Assembly: GCA_035693145.1 (NCBI GenBank)
Contig: DASSHA010000037.1
Location: 1 to 60,193, forward strand
DNA: 60,193 nucleotides
Direction of reading: 5' to 3'
DNA from: Candidatus Limnocylindrales bacterium
Lineage (GTDB): Bacteria > Chloroflexota > Limnocylindria > Limnocylindrales > CSP1-4
The notes below the pieces were generated by a model. It made no database searches, was not told the DNA's origin, and saw only the letters and a list, made by a program, of their open reading frames with translations. Below are positions 24,285 through 35,018 of the stretch, one piece after another; within the stretch, counting starts at the first letter, position 1; each line of letters begins with the position of its first letter. The position numbers and the translations under genes were made by a program.

Positions 24285-25703
24285 TCAGCCGTCGTCGCGC
24301 CGGGTGAGCGGCGCCCCGCCCGAGGTCGGGTGGGGCGTCTCGTCGACGGCCTCGCCGAGCGTCGTCGCGTCGTCTGATGCCGGGGCGGCGTCCGCGCTGA
24401 TCCTGCGCGATGCGGCGACGATGTCGTCGAGGGCGACGCCGTCGCCCGTCGGCCTCGGCATCCGGTGCAGCCTTCGGACCGGCGAGAAGAAGACGAACAG
24501 CGGCGGGATCACCTGGCCGAGGGCGCCGATCCACATGGCGGCGATCACGCCGTTTGCGGGCAACGAACCGATGGCCCCACCGATGATCTGCCCGATCGGG
24601 ATCGTCCCCCAGACGATGAAACGCATCGTCGCGTTCATCCGGCCCTGCATCCGCTCCGGCGTGATCGCCTGGCGGAAGCTCACCTGGTTGATGTTGTAGA
24701 CGAGCGCCGAGAAGCCGCCCAGCGCCGCAGCGGCGACGAGGAACGGGTACGGAAAGCTGCCCGGCGCGAGCGGGATGAGCAGTGCGCCCGGGAACGAGAT
24801 CGCGATCGACGCGACGATCGCCGGTCCGACGCCGATCCGCCCGGCGATCCGGTTCGCCGTCAGGGCCCCGATCATCGTGCCGATGCTTCCGATTCCGAAG
24901 ATCACGCCGACGGTCGCCGGGTCCAGCCCGAGCGTCGTGTAGACGTAGTAGAGGTAGAGCGAGAACTGGATGTTCGAGAACAGGTTGGACGTCCCGGTCG
25001 CGCCCGCGATCATCCGCAGGTATGGGTGCCCGAGGACATAGCGGAGGCCGTCGCGGATCTCCTCGCGCATCGACGCGGGCGCCTGGCCGTCGGCGCCGGT
25101 CCGGTCCGGGCGCGGCTCGGACCGCCGGATCCGGGAGACGAAGAGGGCCGAACCCACGAAGCTGAGGGCGTCGGCGACGATCGCGAGCGGCGCCGTGACG
25201 ACCCCGATCAGCCCACCGGCGACCCCGGGTCCCAGGATCTGCGCCGCGGATCGGCTGATCTCGAGCTTCGAGTTGCCCTCGACGAGGTGCTCGCGCTCGA
25301 CGAGCGACGGCAGGTAGCTCTGGTAGGCGACGTCGAAGAAGACCGTCAGCAGTCCGTTCGCGAAACCGACGACGTAGAGCTGCCAGATGGTCAGGACGCC
25401 GAGCTCGTAGGCGATCGGGATGGAGGCGAGGCTGATCGCGCGACCGACGTCGCCCGCGATGAGGATCGGCCGCCGCCGCAACCGGTCCACCCACACGCCG
25501 GCTGGCAGCGTGAACAGCAGGAACGGCAGGAACTCGACGGTGCCGAGCAGCGCGACCTCGAACGGCGGCGCCTTCAGCACGAGGATCGCGACGGTCGGCA
25601 CGGCGAGCAGGCTGACCTGCGTCCCGAACTGGCTGATCGTCTCGGCCGACCAGAGCTTGAGGAAATCGGGCTGCCGAAAGAGGCCAAGTCGAGCGGACGT
25701 CAC
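24285..25703 (-). CDS. MFS transporter (EntS/MFS_3-like)
   Basis: 472 aa from GTG 25703 (in frame with track ORF 24285..26213). FRQPDFLKLWSAETISQFGTQVS and LPAGVWVDRLRRRP (MFS loop 2-3 motif); about 12 TM segments. Confidence 0.85.
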   Translation of the reverse strand: MTSARLGLFRQPDFLKLWSAETISQFGTQVSLLAVPTVAILVLKAPPFEVALLGTVEFLPFLLFTLPAGVWVDRLRRRPILIAGDVGRAISLASIPIAYELGVLTIWQLYVVGFANGLLTVFFDVAYQSYLPSLVEREHLVEGNSKLEISRSAAQILGPGVAGGLIGVVTAPLAIVADALSFVGSALFVSRIRRSEPRPDRTGADGQAPASMREEIRDGLRYVLGHPYLRMIAGATGTSNLFSNIQFSLYLYYVYTTLGLDPATVGVIFGIGSIGTMIGALTANRIAGRIGVGPAIVASIAISFPGALLIPLAPGSFPYPFLVAAAALGGFSALVYNINQVSFRQAITPERMQGRMNATMRFIVWGTIPIGQIIGGAIGSLPANGVIAAMWIGALGQVIPPLFVFFSPVRRLHRMPRPTGDGVALDDIVAASRRISADAAPASDDATTLGEAVDETPHPTSGGAPLTRRDDG

Positions 25704-25781
25704 GGAGGGACCTCGGGCCTGCGGGACGCTCGGTCGCCACTGCCCCACGGCGCCCGTCGTCGACGTGCAACGATACGGCCG

Positions 25782-26789
25782 ATGCCCCTCGTCGAGTCGG
25801 TCCCGAACGTCTCCGAAGGTCGTCGGATCGCGGTGGTGGACGAGCTCGCCGGCGCGATCGCCCGGATCCCCGGCGTCCACCTCCTCGACCGAACGAGCGA
25901 CGCGAGCCATAACCGCAGTGTGTTCACGCTCGCCGGGGAGGCCGCCCAGGTGGAGGATGCGCTGGAGGCGCTCGTCGCCGCAGCGATCGAGACGATCGAG
26001 ATGGACGAGCACCGCGGCGAGCATCCGCGGATCGGTGCAGTCGACGTCGTTCCGTTCGTTCCGCTCGCCGGCGCGACGATGGACGAGACTGTCGTGATCG
26101 CACGCGCGTTCGGGCGACGGATCGCCGAACGCTTCGGCTTGCCGGTCTACCTCTATGCGAACGCCGCGCTGCGCCCCGACCGTCAGCGGCTTGCCGATGT
26201 CCGGCGCGGGCAATACGAGGGCCTGAAGGCCGAGATCGGGCAGCGCGGCCGCGAGCCCGACTTCGGGCCGTCACGAATGCACCCGCGAGCCGGCGCCGTG
26301 GCCGTCGGCGCCCGGCCGTTCCTCATCGCCTACAACATCAACCTCGAGTCGAGCGACGTCGGCCTCGCCAAGCGGATTGCCCGGCGCGTCCGCGAATCCG
26401 GTGGCGGGCTGCCGAAGGTCCAGGCGAATGGGTTCTGGATCGAGGAGCTCGGCGTCGCACAGGTCTCGATGAACCTGCTCGATTTCCGGACGACATCGAT
26501 CTGGGAGGTCTGGCAGGCGGTGTCCGCCCTCGCCGCCCAGGAGGACACGGCCGCGCGGGAGTCCGAGCTCATCGGACTCGCCCCGCTCGACGCGCTGCTC
26601 GACGTCGCCGCGCGCGCAGACTCCGTCCGCGAACCGTCCGATGCGACCAGCGCGGATCGATCGTCGGAGGATTCCGTCGAGGCGCGGCTCGCCCGCGCGG
26701 CCGACGCGATCCGGCTCCGCGACTTCTCGCCGCTCCAGGCTCTCGAGCTGAGACTCGCCGCGGCCGAAGAAGCCTCGGTGCGGCCTTGA
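25782..26789 (+). CDS. ftcD: glutamate formimidoyltransferase
   Basis: MPLVESVPNVSEGR, HNRSVFTL, HPRIGAVDVVPFVP and FLIAYNINL are the FTCD N-terminal transferase domain signature. No fused cyclodeaminase domain. Confidence 0.9.
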   Translation: MPLVESVPNVSEGRRIAVVDELAGAIARIPGVHLLDRTSDASHNRSVFTLAGEAAQVEDALEALVAAAIETIEMDEHRGEHPRIGAVDVVPFVPLAGATMDETVVIARAFGRRIAERFGLPVYLYANAALRPDRQRLADVRRGQYEGLKAEIGQRGREPDFGPSRMHPRAGAVAVGARPFLIAYNINLESSDVGLAKRIARRVRESGGGLPKVQANGFWIEELGVAQVSMNLLDFRTTSIWEVWQAVSALAAQEDTAARESELIGLAPLDALLDVAARADSVREPSDATSADRSSEDSVEARLARAADAIRLRDFSPLQALELRLAAAEEASVRP

Positions 26790-26820
26790 CCCGCATTCGG
26801 GCGGACCCGGCGCGGCGTCG

Positions 26821-28158
<1,338 letters not shown>

Positions 28159-28203
28159 GGCGCTCGCGTCGCCCGTGACGGTGGAGGGGGCCCGCCGCCG
28201 GCG

Positions 28204-28881
28204 TCAGGCTGACTTGCCGCGCGACTCGAGCAGGACGGTCGTCGCCTCCTGGGGGATCGTCGACGGCGTGACAGTCAGCTTCTGTTGCGTCGTCGGGGTC
28301 GCGCCCATCTCGTGGAGGAAGCGCGCGAGGGCTTCCGACCCGACGGCCTCGTCGTCCGTGATCGGCATCGGCACGACGATCTTCGCGTCGAGCTGGGCGA
28401 TGAGCTCCGCTGCCTTCGTAGGGCCCAGGGCACCACCCACGGGCACGCAGGCGACGTCGACCGGTCCGATGTCGGCGAGCTTCTCCTCGGACAGCAGGTG
28501 GCCGATGTCGCCGAGGTGGATCGTGTGGATGCCGTCGAGCTCGACGACGAAGGCAACCTGTGGGCGACCGCGATCATCGCCGCGCGCCTCGTCGCGCCAT
28601 GTCCGAACGCCCGTGAGCAGGACGTGCTTGACCTCGTACTCACCGGGGCCGTCGAGGACGAACGAATTGTCGAGGCTCGACGGCAGGAGGGTCGCGCCGT
28701 CGCGTGACGGCCGGCCCTTCGCCTTCGGCAGCGGTGTGTCGTCCGGGTGGCTGTACGTCACGATGTCGCCGGTGAGGCCGCGTCCGGTCGGTCCGACCAC
28801 CGCCTGGTAGGGATCGTTGACGACGACGGCGTCACGTCCACGAAGACGGACGCACGTTCGGCCATACCAGCTCAGTTCCAT
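28204..28881 (-). CDS. MBL-fold (UPF0173-like) protein with a degenerate metal motif
   Basis: 225 aa from ATG 28881 (MELSWYGRTCVRL). The overall beta-lactamase-fold look includes IVTYSHPDD in place of HxHxDH, and IHLGDIGH. Tentative call. Confidence 0.6.
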   Translation of the reverse strand: MELSWYGRTCVRLRGRDAVVVNDPYQAVVGPTGRGLTGDIVTYSHPDDTPLPKAKGRPSRDGATLLPSSLDNSFVLDGPGEYEVKHVLLTGVRTWRDEARGDDRGRPQVAFVVELDGIHTIHLGDIGHLLSEEKLADIGPVDVACVPVGGALGPTKAAELIAQLDAKIVVPMPITDDEAVGSEALARFLHEMGATPTTQQKLTVTPSTIPQEATTVLLESRGKSA

Positions 28882-29161
28882 CGCGCCGATTCTGTCACAC
28901 CGCGCTTGGCCAGCGGTTGCCGTCGGCGCGACGGAAGCGAGTGGCCCGGAAAAGGAAGGACCGGAGGCGCCTGCCCAATCGGCGCCCCCGGTCGGAGGGA
29001 GGGAGGATGGAACCTGAGGGGTTCGTTCCGAGGCATACGCTAGGCGCGCGAGGTTCAGCGGCAAGCCGCGGATCGATTAAGAAACGGACATTCCCTCACC
29101 GGCTCCGGCAGGCACCCGCGCGCGAGCCATCCGTACCAGCGGAGATCGCCTGGCGCCGTGC

Positions 29162-29167
29162 CACAAT
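29162..29167 (+). promoter_or_regulatory. -10-like CACAAT 7 nt upstream of GTG 29175 (leaderless-style)
   Basis: Seen directly. Weak hexamer. Confidence 0.3.
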
Positions 29168-29174
29168 CCGCCGC

Positions 29175-30533
29175 GTGATCGTTCCCCGGCACGTGCGTGC
29201 GAAGCCCTTCGGTGGTGCACCGCGAGCCACGGCCGCACTGCTCGTCCTCGTCCTCGCCGCGTGTGGAACGACGACGACACCGTCCCCGTCCAGCCCGTCT
29301 GCGGGCCCGTCGTCGCCCCCTCCCTCGACGGCGACGGCGACGGCGTCGCCGTCGCTGCTGCCGTCGGCGAGCGCGTCATCCGATGGCGACGCGGCCATAT
29401 ATGCCCAGATCGAGACCGACGTCCAGGCGATCCGCGAGCTTCGCGCCACCTCGCCCGTCCGGCAGCAGTTCGTGGACGCGACCGCGATGACGAAGGTCGT
29501 GACCGACGAGGTCGAGAAGGGGACGCCTCGCGACGTCCAGCTCGCGACGGAGCGGGCCTTCAAGGCGCTCGGCCTCCTGCCGCCGGACGCGTCGCTCGAG
29601 CAGCTCAATCTCGAGCTCCTGACGTCGCAGGTCGCGGGACTCTACGAGCCGGCCGCGAAGACGCTCTACGTCCTTTCGAAGGCGGGCGCGCCCGGTCCCG
29701 TGGAGCGGGTGACGTTCGCGCACGAGTTCGACCACGCGCTCCAGGACCAGAACTTCGGGCTGGCGAACCTCAAGGTCGACCAGGTCGGCGAGGGTGACCG
29801 CGACCTCGCGCACCTGTCAGTCGCCGAGGGCGACGCGACGGTCCTCATGTCGCTCTGGGCGCAGCAGCACCTGACGCCAGCGGAGACGCTCCAGCTCCTC
29901 ACGGAGTCGAGCGATCCGAAACAGCTCGAGACGCTGCGATCGATGCCGTCGATCCTGCGCGAGACCCTGCTGTTCCCGTATCAGACCGGACTCTCGTTCG
30001 TGACCGGGCTGCGGACCTCGGGCGGCTGGGCTGCCGTCGACGGCGCCTACACTCGGCCGCCCGCATCCACGGAGCAGCTGCTCCATCCGGAGAAGTACGC
30101 CGCGAACGAAGCGGTCCTGCCGATCGACGTCCCCGCCGATCTCGCGAAGCAGCTGGGACCCGGCTGGCGGGTGACGCTGACCGATTCGCTCGGCGAGTTC
30201 CAGACCCGGATCTGGCTCCGCGACGTCGGCAGGCTCAGTGAGGCGGACGCAGATGCCGCGGCCGCCGGTTGGGGCGGCGATCGGCTCGTCCTTGCGACGG
30301 GCCCGAGCGGTGGGTCGATCGATGACTGGGCGCTCGCGCTCGTCACGCGCTGGGACACGTCAGGCGACGCAGCCGCCTTCCAGTCGGCGACGCTGAACGT
30401 TGCGGGTCAGCTCCAGGCGACCGGCAGGACCGCGGACGTCCGAACGCTCCCCGACGGGCGGGTCGTGTTCCTGGTCGCCCCGAACCGGACCGTGTACGCG
30501 CACCTCGCCTCGGCCTTCGGCACCAGCGATTAG
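29175..30533 (+). CDS. secreted/lipoprotein zinc metalloprotease-like protein (HExxH, Peptidase_MA-like)
   Basis: The signal plus lipobox is AALLVLVLAAC, followed by a Ser/Pro linker. FAHEFDHALQDQ (HExxH) is followed downstream by SVAEGDATV. Start is GTG 29175 or GTG 29193. Third-position GC drops upstream, so I do not extend to 28917 or 29007. Confidence 0.65.
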   Translation: MIVPRHVRAKPFGGAPRATAALLVLVLAACGTTTTPSPSSPSAGPSSPPPSTATATASPSLLPSASASSDGDAAIYAQIETDVQAIRELRATSPVRQQFVDATAMTKVVTDEVEKGTPRDVQLATERAFKALGLLPPDASLEQLNLELLTSQVAGLYEPAAKTLYVLSKAGAPGPVERVTFAHEFDHALQDQNFGLANLKVDQVGEGDRDLAHLSVAEGDATVLMSLWAQQHLTPAETLQLLTESSDPKQLETLRSMPSILRETLLFPYQTGLSFVTGLRTSGGWAAVDGAYTRPPASTEQLLHPEKYAANEAVLPIDVPADLAKQLGPGWRVTLTDSLGEFQTRIWLRDVGRLSEADADAAAAGWGGDRLVLATGPSGGSIDDWALALVTRWDTSGDAAAFQSATLNVAGQLQATGRTADVRTLPDGRVVFLVAPNRTVYAHLASAFGTSD

Positions 30534-30624
30534 TCTCCCGCGGGCGCGGGCTCCGGTCGGCTCCAGTGATGCCACCAGGCCCAAGGCATCGCCGCTCGGC
30601 GCGACCGCGCGCGCGGCGCACCAG

Positions 30625-32451
30625 CTACATCGACTCAGGCGCGGAGATCCCGAGCAGCCCGAGCGCCGAGGCGAGCGTCACCTGGGCCGCGCGCGCCAAC
30701 GCCAGCCTCCGGGCCGAACGCGCGGGCTCGGACGGGTCGACCACACGCGCGTCGCGATAGAACTGGTGGAAGGCGGTCGCGAGTTCGGTCGCGTACGTCG
30801 TCACGGCGTGCGTCTCGCGGGCGGCGGCGGCGTCCTCGACGACCTCCGGGAAGCGAACGATCACTCGTGCCAGGGCCGCCTCCGGCTCGCCCGCGAGGAG
30901 GCCGTCGATCGACGCGGACGGCGCGAGCCCTTCGGTTGTCGCCTTCCGGAGGATCGACGCGATTCGCGCGTGCGCGTACTGGACGTAGAAGACCGGGTTC
31001 TCATTCGACTGCTTCTTCGCAAGCTCGATGTCGAAGTCGATGTCGACGTTCGCGCCGCGTGACGCGAAGAACCAGCGTGCGGCATCGACGCCGACCTCCG
31101 ACAGCAGCTCGTCGAGCGTGATGAACGTTCCGGCTCGCTTCGACATCGAGACTTCGACCCCGTCACGGACGAATCGAACCCAGCCGGTCAGCAGCATCTG
31201 GACGCGTTCCCGGTCGAGCCCCATCGCCTGCGCCGCGCCGCGCAGGCGCGCCACCGTTCCATGGTGGTCTGCGCCCCAGACGTAGATCAGCTCGTCGAAG
31301 CCACGGCTGAACTTCTCCACGACGTAGCCGACATCGGCGGCGAAGTATGTGGGCTCCCCTGTCGAGCGGATGAGGACCCGGTCCTTGTCGTCGCCGAACG
31401 TCGTCGAGCGGAACCAGGTGGCGCCGTCCTGCTCGTACACGTGCCCGCCGTCGCGGAGGCGTTCGATCGCCTGCTCGACCCAGCCCTCGCGATGAAGCGA
31501 CCCCTCGCTCTTCCAGACGTCGAAGTGGACGCCCAGCCGCTCGAGCGACGCCTCGATCCCGGCTCGGACGCGCTCGGATGCCCAGACGCCGACGGCGAGG
31601 CCAGGATCCTCGCCTGTGGCTCCGGCCGCCGCGGCGATCGAGTCCGGGAGCGACGCCGCGAGGTCGGACACGTAGTCGCCGTGGTAGCCATCGTCGGGGA
31701 CGGGTCCGCCCGTCCGGACGGCGAGGACCGAGAGGCCGAGGTTGCGGACCTGGGCGCCGAAGTCGTTGAAGTAGTACTCGCGCGTCGTGCGATTGCCGGC
31801 GGCATCGAGGACGCGCGCCAGGAGGTCGCCGACGAATGCCCCCCGCGCGTTTCCGATGTGCAGTGGACCGGTCGGATTCGCCGAGACGAACTCGACGTTG
31901 ATCCGGGCCGCGTCGCGAGGCGCCGGCACGCGCCCCCAGCTCAGCGGGTCTGCGAGGACGCGGCGGATTCGGGACTCGAGCGCGGCGGTCGACACGCGGA
32001 CGTTGATGAAGCCGGGCGGCGCGACCTCCGCGCCCTCGATCGGTGAGCCCGTATCGGCGTCCGTCGTTCGGATCTCGGCGAGGATGGCGTCTGCGATGTC
32101 GATCGGCCTGCGCCGCAGCGGCCTCGCCAGCTTCAGGGCGATGCTGGTCGCAAGGTCGCCGTGCTCCGGCTTCGCCGGTCGTTCGACTTCGACCGCCGGC
32201 AATGCCGGCGTCTCCGGCGGCGCCCGAAGTCCGCGTTCGAGTGCCCTGGCGAGCGCGGCGTTGAGCTCGCTTCGAACGGCATCTCGAAGCGTGGCGTCGT
32301 CGGCATCCGGGGCACGTCCGATGGCGGCGTCGACAGGCACGAAAGCAGCGACCTCTGCGACGGTGAGGGTCAATCGTAAGCGAACCGGGGATCCCGACCG
32401 TCGGGTCGGATCGCCGGCGAGCGGGGCAGTACCGTCGTTGTCCGGGCGCAC
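30625..32451 (-). CDS. argS: arginine--tRNA ligase
   Basis: PTGPLHIGNARGAFVGD (HIGH), MSKRAGTF (KMSKS) and the DALR-type C-terminus. The N-terminus is about 60 aa longer than usual; in-frame TTG 32373 or GTG 32340 may be the real start. Confidence 0.9.
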   Translation of the reverse strand: MRPDNDGTAPLAGDPTRRSGSPVRLRLTLTVAEVAAFVPVDAAIGRAPDADDATLRDAVRSELNAALARALERGLRAPPETPALPAVEVERPAKPEHGDLATSIALKLARPLRRRPIDIADAILAEIRTTDADTGSPIEGAEVAPPGFINVRVSTAALESRIRRVLADPLSWGRVPAPRDAARINVEFVSANPTGPLHIGNARGAFVGDLLARVLDAAGNRTTREYYFNDFGAQVRNLGLSVLAVRTGGPVPDDGYHGDYVSDLAASLPDSIAAAAGATGEDPGLAVGVWASERVRAGIEASLERLGVHFDVWKSEGSLHREGWVEQAIERLRDGGHVYEQDGATWFRSTTFGDDKDRVLIRSTGEPTYFAADVGYVVEKFSRGFDELIYVWGADHHGTVARLRGAAQAMGLDRERVQMLLTGWVRFVRDGVEVSMSKRAGTFITLDELLSEVGVDAARWFFASRGANVDIDFDIELAKKQSNENPVFYVQYAHARIASILRKATTEGLAPSASIDGLLAGEPEAALARVIVRFPEVVEDAAAARETHAVTTYATELATAFHQFYRDARVVDPSEPARSARRLALARAAQVTLASALGLLGISAPESM

Positions 32452-32628
32452 CGAGTTTCAAAGGCGGTGGTGCGGACTTGTTAGGTATGTGCGTGTCAAT
32501 AGGGGTACCGAAGTACTGGACCGAAGTCAGACGTGCTGCGACGATTGGCGCCCGCACTGATCCGACGCGATTGCGTCGAAGCGGATCTCAGGTTCCGGCG
32601 GAAGGAACACGAAAGGGGTGGCAATCGA

Positions 32629-33381
32629 ATGAACGGGATGAGCTCGTCGCTCGCGGTGCGCGACCAACTGCTGCGCCGCGTCGGCTGGTTCGCCGTCGCC
32701 GGGATGCTGGGCGTTTCCCTGCTGGCACCGGCGGTGGTGTCGGCCAACGACCTCCACCAGGACGCGTCGAACGGCATCGCCTGGAACGATCAGTCGACGA
32801 CGCATGAATGCGATGGCAGCGAGGGTCTCGCGGCCGGCCAGGTCCTCTGGCACTTCGTCCACACCGGCACCGATGGGAGCGACCTTCCGGCGACCGTGAC
32901 CGCGACCTTCACAACGGCCGGGGCCCTGACCGTCAACGGCTACTCCAACGGTGGCGGCAACGCGATCGTGATGTACGACGTCGTCACCGGTCGAGACACG
33001 CTGACCGGCGCGTCCGACACGATCGTGGACGACAACCTTCTCAACCTGAGCCACATCTGCGTCGGGCCCGAGGCGAGCCAGTCGACGGCGCCGAGCCAGT
33101 CGGCCGAGGCGAGCCAGTCGACGGCGCCGAGCCAGTCGGTCGAGGCGAGCCAGTCGACGGCGCCCAGCGAGTCGGTCGAAGCGAGCCAGTCGACGGCGCC
33201 GAGCGAGTCGGTCGAAGCTGCGACCGGAACCCCGAAGCTCACCCTTCCGCCCACCGACACGGTCAGTGGCAACGGCCCGCAGTCGGGTGGCGACAGCTGG
33301 CGGCTCGGCCTGATGGTCCTGGCCGGCCTGCTTGCATCGCTCCTGCTGCTCGTCCCGAGCCCCAAGCGGATCCGCCGCTAG
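32629..33381 (+). CDS. cell-surface protein with a signal peptide, tandem repeats and a C-terminal TM anchor
   Basis: ATG 32629 follows GAAAGGGG. The signal peptide is WFAVAGMLGVSLLAPAVVSA. Four copies of EASQSTAPS(Q/E)S(A/V) follow. The C-terminus, LPPTDTVSGNG...WRLGLMVLAGLLASLLLLVPSPKRIRR, resembles a sorting signal. Confidence 0.65.
   Translation: MNGMSSSLAVRDQLLRRVGWFAVAGMLGVSLLAPAVVSANDLHQDASNGIAWNDQSTTHECDGSEGLAAGQVLWHFVHTGTDGSDLPATVTATFTTAGALTVNGYSNGGGNAIVMYDVVTGRDTLTGASDTIVDDNLLNLSHICVGPEASQSTAPSQSAEASQSTAPSQSVEASQSTAPSESVEASQSTAPSESVEAATGTPKLTLPPTDTVSGNGPQSGGDSWRLGLMVLAGLLASLLLLVPSPKRIRR
33070..33213 (+). repeat. 36-bp in-frame tandem repeat x4 inside the surface protein gene
   Basis: Units lie at 33070, 33106, 33142 and 33178 and differ by 1-3 nt. 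Confidence 0.9.
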
Positions 33382-33409
33382 ACAGGCTCGCTGTCCCAGC
33401 GAAACCCGA

Positions 33410-33450
33410 CGGGCCGGGTGCCGACGAGGCATCCGGCCCGTTGTTGATTC
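33410..33450 (+). terminator. intrinsic terminator (12-13 bp GC stem plus TTGTTGATT)
   Basis: CGGGCCGGGTGC pairs with GCATCCGGCCCG (one G-U pair) and is followed by a T-rich tail, 29 nt after the stop at 33381. Confidence 0.65.
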
Positions 33451-33483
33451 CCCGATCGCCGGTGCCCGATCGACGACACCCAG

Positions 33484-34413
33484 TCAGTGCGGGGTCTGGT
33501 CGGGCCGACCCGCCGGTGAGGCAGCGGAATGCGAAGCGTTCGGCCGGTCGCTCGGCCCGTGTCCGTCCGCATTCGACCCCGACGGTGGTGCGTCAGACGC
33601 GGCGTTGCCACCGCCCCCGTTGCCACTCCCGTTCCCGCCAGCCTTGCCGTTGTCGTCGTCGCCGCCCGCGTCGCCGTTGCCGTTCCCGGCGTTCCCGCCG
33701 GCGTTGCCCGGGTTCGCGTTCGGCGGCTTGCCCCTAGCGGGCTCGTCACCACCGCCGAGACGGTCGATCGCGGCGTTCGTCCGATCGATCAGCCCGCGAA
33801 GCGTGTCGTCCGCGGTCGACGCCGCCACCGCCGGCCGGAGGGCCGACAGCGCATCGCGCCGGCGCTCGAGCCCGAGCGCGACGCGCTGCTCGCGCTCGCC
33901 GTCGCTGCCCGCGCCCACGAGCGCGTCGTCGACCACCGCACCGAACGCCTCGAGCGCGGCACGCGCGCCATTCACGTCGCTCGCGGCCGCGGCTGCCCGG
34001 GCATCGGCGAGTCTGGCATCGAGGCGGTGGAGGTCCGCCTCAACCCGCGCCTCCGGCTCGCGCGGCAGGGTCACGGTCTCCGCCCACAGCCTCGGCCCGT
34101 ACAGCAGGCCGCCGGGTTGGGCCGCCGCAGCCCCGCCGACGATCGCCGCGGTCCCGATGCCGGCCGCCAGCAGCCCCGCGGCCAGCCGCCGCTCTCTTGC
34201 CGCCGCGAGCGGCCTGTGCGTGCGGCGAGGCGCAGTGCGAGCGGCCTCCGTCGCGCCGTCCGTCGCGCCTGCGGCCGCCCGCGCCACGAGGCCGGCGCGA
34301 AGGACCGCCATCGCGTTCGCGTCGGGCGTGAGCGAGGCGCGATACGCGGCGATCAGTCGCCGAAGGTCGTCGTTCGGGGACATTGCGAGCAGCGCGTCGT
34401 CCGACATCGTCAC
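33484..34413 (-). CDS. anti-sigma-like membrane protein (DUF5667-like) with a Gly/Asn-rich C-terminal tail
   Basis: GTG 34413 overlaps the sigma stop (GTGA); ATG 34407 is an alternative. It has one TM segment (LAAGLLAAGIGTAAIVGGAAAA), a helical extracytoplasmic part and a GNAGGNAGNGNGDAGGDDDNGKAGGNGSGNGGGGN tail. Confidence 0.6.
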   Translation of the reverse strand: MTMSDDALLAMSPNDDLRRLIAAYRASLTPDANAMAVLRAGLVARAAAGATDGATEAARTAPRRTHRPLAAARERRLAAGLLAAGIGTAAIVGGAAAAQPGGLLYGPRLWAETVTLPREPEARVEADLHRLDARLADARAAAAASDVNGARAALEAFGAVVDDALVGAGSDGEREQRVALGLERRRDALSALRPAVAASTADDTLRGLIDRTNAAIDRLGGGDEPARGKPPNANPGNAGGNAGNGNGDAGGDDDNGKAGGNGSGNGGGGNAASDAPPSGSNADGHGPSDRPNASHSAASPAGRPDQTPH

Positions 34414-35009
34414 AGCTCCGAGATGGCGGTGAGGGCGACGGCCGCGTCGGGGTCGCCCGCCTGGAGATGCCGGCGCAGTGCGGCGATCGCGCGAAACTGA
34501 AGCCCGCGGATCGTCCCCTCCTGCTTGCCCATGGCGATCGCGGCCTCGCGTGCGGACAGCCCGGCGAAGAACCGCAGGCTGATCGCCTCGCGCTGTTCCT
34601 CGGTCAGGCGGGCCAGCGCCGTTCGAACCTCGGCGACGTCCTGACGCAGAGCGACGAGCGCGTCCGGCGCGCCGTCGTCCGAGGGCCGTTCGAGGAGCGC
34701 CTCGAACTCGACGTGGTCGCGCCTGGTTCGAGCGAAATCGATCACGGTGTTCCTGGCCAATCGAAAGAGCCAGCCGCCGAACGGGACACCACGCAGCTGG
34801 TAGCGCGGCAACGCCTCGAGGGCCTTGACGAAGACCGTCTGCGTGAGGTCCTCCGCGTCGCTCGGCCGGACGACGCGGCTGGCGATGTACCGGTAGACGG
34901 GCACGTGATAGCGGTCGAACAGCTCGCCGAAGGCCTCGGCCTCGCCGTTCTTCGCGCGATCCACCAGCCGTTCGAGCGCGGCATCGTCGAGTTCCATAAC
35001 GAACGGCAC
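34410..35009 (-). CDS. ECF-type RNA polymerase sigma factor
   Basis: Region 2 is FGELFDRYHVPVYRYI..AEDLTQTVFVKA. Region 4 is LTEEQREAISLRFFAGLSAREAAIAMGKQEGTIRGLQFRAIAALR. ATG 34997 (MELDD) is an alternative start. Confidence 0.9.
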   Translation of the reverse strand: MPFVMELDDAALERLVDRAKNGEAEAFGELFDRYHVPVYRYIASRVVRPSDAEDLTQTVFVKALEALPRYQLRGVPFGGWLFRLARNTVIDFARTRRDHVEFEALLERPSDDGAPDALVALRQDVAEVRTALARLTEEQREAISLRFFAGLSAREAAIAMGKQEGTIRGLQFRAIAALRRHLQAGDPDAAVALTAISEL

Positions 35010-35018
35010 GGAGCCCCG

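Noticed and set aside
29007-29174. ATG 29007, preceded by the strong GGAGGGAGGGAGG, as the start of the metalloprotease gene or an upstream ORF
   Set aside because: It is in frame, but third-position GC in 29007-29174 is visibly lower than in real genes here. It would also place about 75 aa before the lipoprotein signal peptide. I kept it only as an alternative start.
33070-33213. Short direct repeats (here and at 48083..48178) as CRISPR-like arrays
   Set aside because: The repeats are contiguous with no spacers, in frame within coding sequences, and encode Ser/Thr/Pro linker peptides.
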